From positions 1-64,000 of the forward strand of contig CAVRYZ010000005.1 of the NCBI GenBank assembly GCA_963725685.1: DNA of 64,000 nucleotides. Direction: 5' to 3'. Shown one piece after another: positions 60,470 to 64,000 of the stretch (position 1 is its first letter; each line of letters starts with the position of its first letter). The position numbers and the translations under genes were made by a program. The notes beneath the pieces are model-generated. The model made no database searches. It saw only the letters and a program-made list of their open reading frames with translations, and was not told where the DNA came from. The DNA comes from an uncultured Chloroflexia bacterium. Lineage in GTDB: Bacteria > Chloroflexota > Anaerolineae > Anaerolineales > UBA4823.

Positions 60470-60790
60470 ATGAGTATTTCTCTTGACAGACGAATTAAAC
60501 CACGCGTCGATTGCGATTACCCGGCGGTCATTGAGGGGTATGACCCGAACGGGAAAAGATACAACGGATACGCCCGGCTGGCAAATCTGAGCGCCAGTGG
60601 ATTGTTTATGAAGACGAATCGTCGTGTTGAAAATGGCACTGAATTATCAGTGCTCATCCTGCTCGCCGGCTCAATCATTGAATCAGATGCCCCAAAAATC
60701 GCCACGAATGGTACTGTAGTACGAACGGAACCTCAAAACGATGGGACTTGTGGGGTCGCAATCAAATTCAATCGTTATCGATTTCTATAA
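60470..60790 (+). CDS. PilZ-domain protein (putative c-di-GMP binding)
   Basis: RRIKPRVDCDYPAV (RxxxR motif) ... ANLSASGLFM (D/NxSxxG motif); 106 aa. Confidence 0.6.
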   Translation: MSISLDRRIKPRVDCDYPAVIEGYDPNGKRYNGYARLANLSASGLFMKTNRRVENGTELSVLILLAGSIIESDAPKIATNGTVVRTEPQNDGTCGVAIKFNRYRFL

Positions 60791-61006
60791 ATATCGTGTA
60801 AGGTACGTTTACCATAATAAATTTGAGTGCTTGAGGGGAAAATGGATTTTCGATGTTCACCCGTGTAACCAAAAGGGGCAGCCTCAACCCAATATACAAG
60901 CCATACCACTTATAAGCTAAGCCCGGGCACAACCGGGCTTGTCCATTGCCGTTGGTTCAAAAATTGACTCTCGATTTATCAGACTTGATCAAAAGGACGG
61001 ACTACG

Positions 61007-62245
61007 ATGTCTGATATCTTGCTCACCCCCTCACAACTTAACTTGCGCAATGAAGCACGGACCTTTGCTCGCGAGAAGGTTTCTCGTCAATTATTGCTCG
61101 ACATGGACGCGGAGAAAGTCCGCTATCCACACGAGTATATTCAGTTGCTTGCCGGGCAACGAATGCTTGGCTTACGCTTCCCGGAAGAATGGGGCGGGCG
61201 TGGTCTTGATTGGTCTCATGAGGTCCTGGCGCTGGAAGAAATAGGTGTTCTCGGCGCCAGCCTGGCATGTTTATTCTCCCTGCCATCCATTGTTGGCGAA
61301 GCGATTAATGTCTTCGGCTCGTCTGATCAAAAAACGAGGTATCTCACGCCCATTCTTTCAGGCAAATTGACAGTTGCCGAAGCGCTTACCGAACCCCGCG
61401 GTGGATCAGATTTTTTTGGTGCCACGACTACGATGAAACGCAAGGGTGATTTTTATCTCCTAAATGGGCAGAAGCGTTTCATTGTAGGCGCTGAAGGAGC
61501 TGACCTGTTCCTGGTATACGCCCGTTCAAGCACAGAACCCTCCGGTCACAAAGCCATCAGCACGCTCCTGGTGGAACGTGGGCCGGGCGTGGAAGTCCAA
61601 CATGTTTATGGGCTTATGGGCACGCGCGGTGGAGGCACTGGGCGGGTATATTTTCGAGATGTGCCAGTTCCGGTGCAAAACCTGATCGGTCAGGAACACG
61701 GGGGCTATGAGATCTTCAACCAGATGATGATCCCGGAAAGGATGACCAGTGCCGCGGGTGCCCTTGGCCTGGCGCGGGCAGCCCTGGAGATTTCCGCCCG
61801 CTACGCCGACCAGCGCAAGGCTTTTGGGCAGGTGATCCGTGAGTTTGAGGCGGTTAGTTTCAAGATTGCAGACAGCCTGACCCGCCTGGATGCGGCCCGC
61901 GCCCTGGTCCACGAGACGGCGCGCAGCATCGATATGATCAGTAATTCGAGCTATATCCGGCGCATGGTTTCGGAAGCAAAAAAGTTCGCCACCGATACAG
62001 CCTGGGCAGTGGTCAATGACGCCATGCAGGTGATGGGCGGCATCGGCTACACCAACGTTTACCCCATCGAGCGCCTGCTGCGGGATGCCCGCCTGATGAC
62101 CATTTGGACCGGCACGAATGAGATCATTAATCTGGTCATCCAGCATGAGTATTATCGTGAATTACTCTCGAAATCTTCATCTGCCAGGGACGTGGAATCG
62201 GATGCCTTGAATGCTGGTGCTGAGGGTGAAAAGGTGTACGAATGA
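61007..62245 (+). CDS. Acyl-CoA dehydrogenase family protein
   Basis: 412 aa; ACAD pattern ([32 protein letters not shown]; [33 protein letters not shown]). Confidence 0.9.
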   Translation: MSDILLTPSQLNLRNEARTFAREKVSRQLLLDMDAEKVRYPHEYIQLLAGQRMLGLRFPEEWGGRGLDWSHEVLALEEIGVLGASLACLFSLPSIVGEAINVFGSSDQKTRYLTPILSGKLTVAEALTEPRGGSDFFGATTTMKRKGDFYLLNGQKRFIVGAEGADLFLVYARSSTEPSGHKAISTLLVERGPGVEVQHVYGLMGTRGGGTGRVYFRDVPVPVQNLIGQEHGGYEIFNQMMIPERMTSAAGALGLARAALEISARYADQRKAFGQVIREFEAVSFKIADSLTRLDAARALVHETARSIDMISNSSYIRRMVSEAKKFATDTAWAVVNDAMQVMGGIGYTNVYPIERLLRDARLMTIWTGTNEIINLVIQHEYYRELLSKSSSARDVESDALNAGAEGEKVYE

Positions 62246-62907
62246 TTGGCTGCCTGCGAAATGAACTTATATAACTGACCGCCTACCAGGATAGAAAATC
62301 CGCCTGAATTTCCAGTAATCTAATTTCTGTAAACCAAACGCCTCTTTACAGTGGGTTGGCAGTTCAACAATCGAACCTGCTGGATTCATCCACAAGCATC
62401 ATCACCCGGCAAATCTCCTGGCTGAGAATCAATACCTTTCTAAAATGTATGGCTCAGGTTGATTGGACTTTGATATGATTGAGCAGTATTTGCTCCGCTA
62501 TGTGAATATTTGGTAGGAGGTGCTGCCCATCAAATTGTGTAACGGTGAGGAAAAAGCAATTTACTTCAATTTGCATTAGTTTTTCAACAACCATTGATGT
62601 TGGCTGGTATTATTGCAAGCTACAGATGAGCTGTTTGAATTTGTACACTTGGAATTCCTTCCGGATTACAGATTCATCAAATCATTAAATGTGTATTAGA
62701 ATAAAGAAATTCTACTCTCGTGTAACATATTTTTATTGGTAATGTCAAACACTGTCAGGTTGAGCCAAAATCCCAAACTAGACTTTACGACTCAATGTGT
62801 TTTCATATTGGGTCCGTTAAAATTTATAGCCAGAGCCCTGAAAGATAATTGCTGGCATGGCTGTATTGGGGAGATGGCAATTCGCAGTCCGAGGAGAAAA
62901 GCGATTA

Positions 62908-64000
62908 ATGGATCCAGATGATGATGCCTCCACTGTTGTTGAATTACGAAAAGAAATAGCCAGATTACGTCAGGAGAATGAAGAGTATCGTCACCTGGCT
63001 TCATTCCCTCAATTAAATCCCTACCCAGTGCTTGAATTTGACCGATTTGGTAAGGTGGTTTATCTCAATCCTGGAGCACGCCAGATTCTTACTCAGCTTG
63101 GTCTTGATGACCCACATGTATTTCTCCCTGATGACTTTAAAGAACTGAACAACATAGGCAACGGAGATGCTGCTTCGCAATTCTTTAGGGAGCTGAAAAT
63201 AAACGGGAGGACATTTGGAGCATCCATACACATTTCAGAAGAATTTGGCACTACCCGTATTTATGCCAGCGATATCACTGAACGCAAGCAGATTGAAGAA
63301 GCGCTAAACTCCAAGACGCTGGAGCTGATTCAGACGCAGGAATTCCTTGAAGCGGTGACTAAAGGAACGGATGTCATCATTGCGACGATAGATACAGATT
63401 TCTGTTTTACCTACTACAACCAGGCATATCTCGAAGAGGCTAAACGCTTGAGCGGTAAAGATATCCAGGTTGGGATGAACATCCTTGACGTCTTTGCCGA
63501 TTTGCCTGAGCAACAAAAATTTATCCTCGAAGAGTGGACCCCGGTGTTGGGCGGCGAGAGCACAAACAAGGTATTCGATTTTGGTGATCCAGGCAGCTAC
63601 CGCAGAGTCTACAATGTGCTCCACACCCCCATCTGGGATAACAAAGGTAACGTGGTTGGTGCGGGAGAAGTGGCCTTCAATATTTCAGAGCAGATTCATG
63701 CCCAGGAGGCATTACGGGAAAGCGAAGCCCGCTTCCGCATGGTGCTAAAAAATGCCCCGGTCACGGTTGCTGCCCAGGATAAAGATTTACGGTTTATCTG
63801 GGCATACAACCAGCGGACGGTCGATCCAACGAGTGTGATCGGAAAAACAGATACCGATATATTCCCACCCGAGGTGGCTGCCTGGACGATGGGGCTTAAG
63901 CGTCAGGTGCTTGAAACCGGGAAAGAACTAAGTACTCAGGGCTGGGTGTCAATCGGTGACCAGCGCTTATTCATTGATCTTTTCCTTGAGCCAATCCGTG
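62908..64000 (+). CDS. Multi-PAS sensor protein, 5'-partial view (continues beyond window end)
   Basis: ATG at 62908 with GAGGAG RBS; open to 64000. Coiled-coil N-terminus, then PAS-like segments (ITERKQIEEALNSKTLEL...; ARFRMVLKNAPVTVAAQDKDLRFIWAYN). Absent from the ORF track only because no stop codon lies within the window. Confidence 0.75.
   Translation, partial: MDPDDDASTVVELRKEIARLRQENEEYRHLASFPQLNPYPVLEFDRFGKVVYLNPGARQILTQLGLDDPHVFLPDDFKELNNIGNGDAASQFFRELKINGRTFGASIHISEEFGTTRIYASDITERKQIEEALNSKTLELIQTQEFLEAVTKGTDVIIATIDTDFCFTYYNQAYLEEAKRLSGKDIQVGMNILDVFADLPEQQKFILEEWTPVLGGESTNKVFDFGDPGSYRRVYNVLHTPIWDNKGNVVGAGEVAFNISEQIHAQEALRESEARFRMVLKNAPVTVAAQDKDLRFIWAYNQRTVDPTSVIGKTDTDIFPPEVAAWTMGLKRQVLETGKELSTQGWVSIGDQRLFIDLFLEPIR

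Overview
The window looks bacterial, with a Chloroflexi-like gene repertoire; that call is inference from gene content only. It has three parts.

(1) Positions 1-2200 hold the 5' portion of a minus-strand sugar ABC uptake operon in Rbs-like order: ATPase, permease, then the start of a binding-protein gene.

(2) Positions ~2650-37300 form an accessory island whose base composition is visibly more AT-rich than the flanks (judged by eye, not computed). It contains an intact IS21-family element (istA/istB). It also carries five copies of a dispersed ~200-nt repeat that ends in a tRNA/tmRNA-like T-arm plus acceptor fragment. A 24-kb run of about 25 genes, every one on the minus strand, encodes:
- an ESCRT-III/Snf7-like protein immediately upstream of a Vps4-like MIT-AAA ATPase (frameshifted);
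- three SPFH/flotillin-like proteins, one flanked by double zinc ribbons and one split by frameshifts;
- a lidless Hsp70 homologue;
- a TRAFAC-type small GTPase (pseudogenised);
- a degenerate P-loop protein adjacent to a helical-repeat protein;
- several polytopic and zinc-ribbon membrane proteins;
- an excisionase-family HTH protein;
- a secreted plant-type LRR protein bracketed by repeat copies;
- a parA / ribbon-helix-helix / palindromic iteron array / xerC-like tyrosine recombinase module.
This ESCRT-III/Vps4 plus SPFH plus Hsp70 plus GTPase gene set, which suggests membrane remodelling, is the candidate undescribed system.

(3) Positions ~38000-64000 are core metabolism and regulation:
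- a citramalate-type operon (LeuB-like dehydrogenase, HMG-CoA-lyase-family lyase, family III CoA-transferase, LeuC/LeuD-like);
- a LiaG/DUF4097-like membrane protein;
- a CUT1 sugar ABC system with a PIG-L deacetylase, a sugar kinase and a ROK regulator;
- a fused dihydropyrimidine-dehydrogenase-like protein followed by an SsnA-like amidohydrolase and a luciferase-like oxidoreductase;
- IMP dehydrogenase, a NarL-type response regulator, a PilZ protein, an acyl-CoA dehydrogenase and the start of a multi-PAS sensor.

No rRNA, complete tRNA or CRISPR array was found. All functional calls rest on motifs and architecture read directly from the translated ORFs; no database searches were run.
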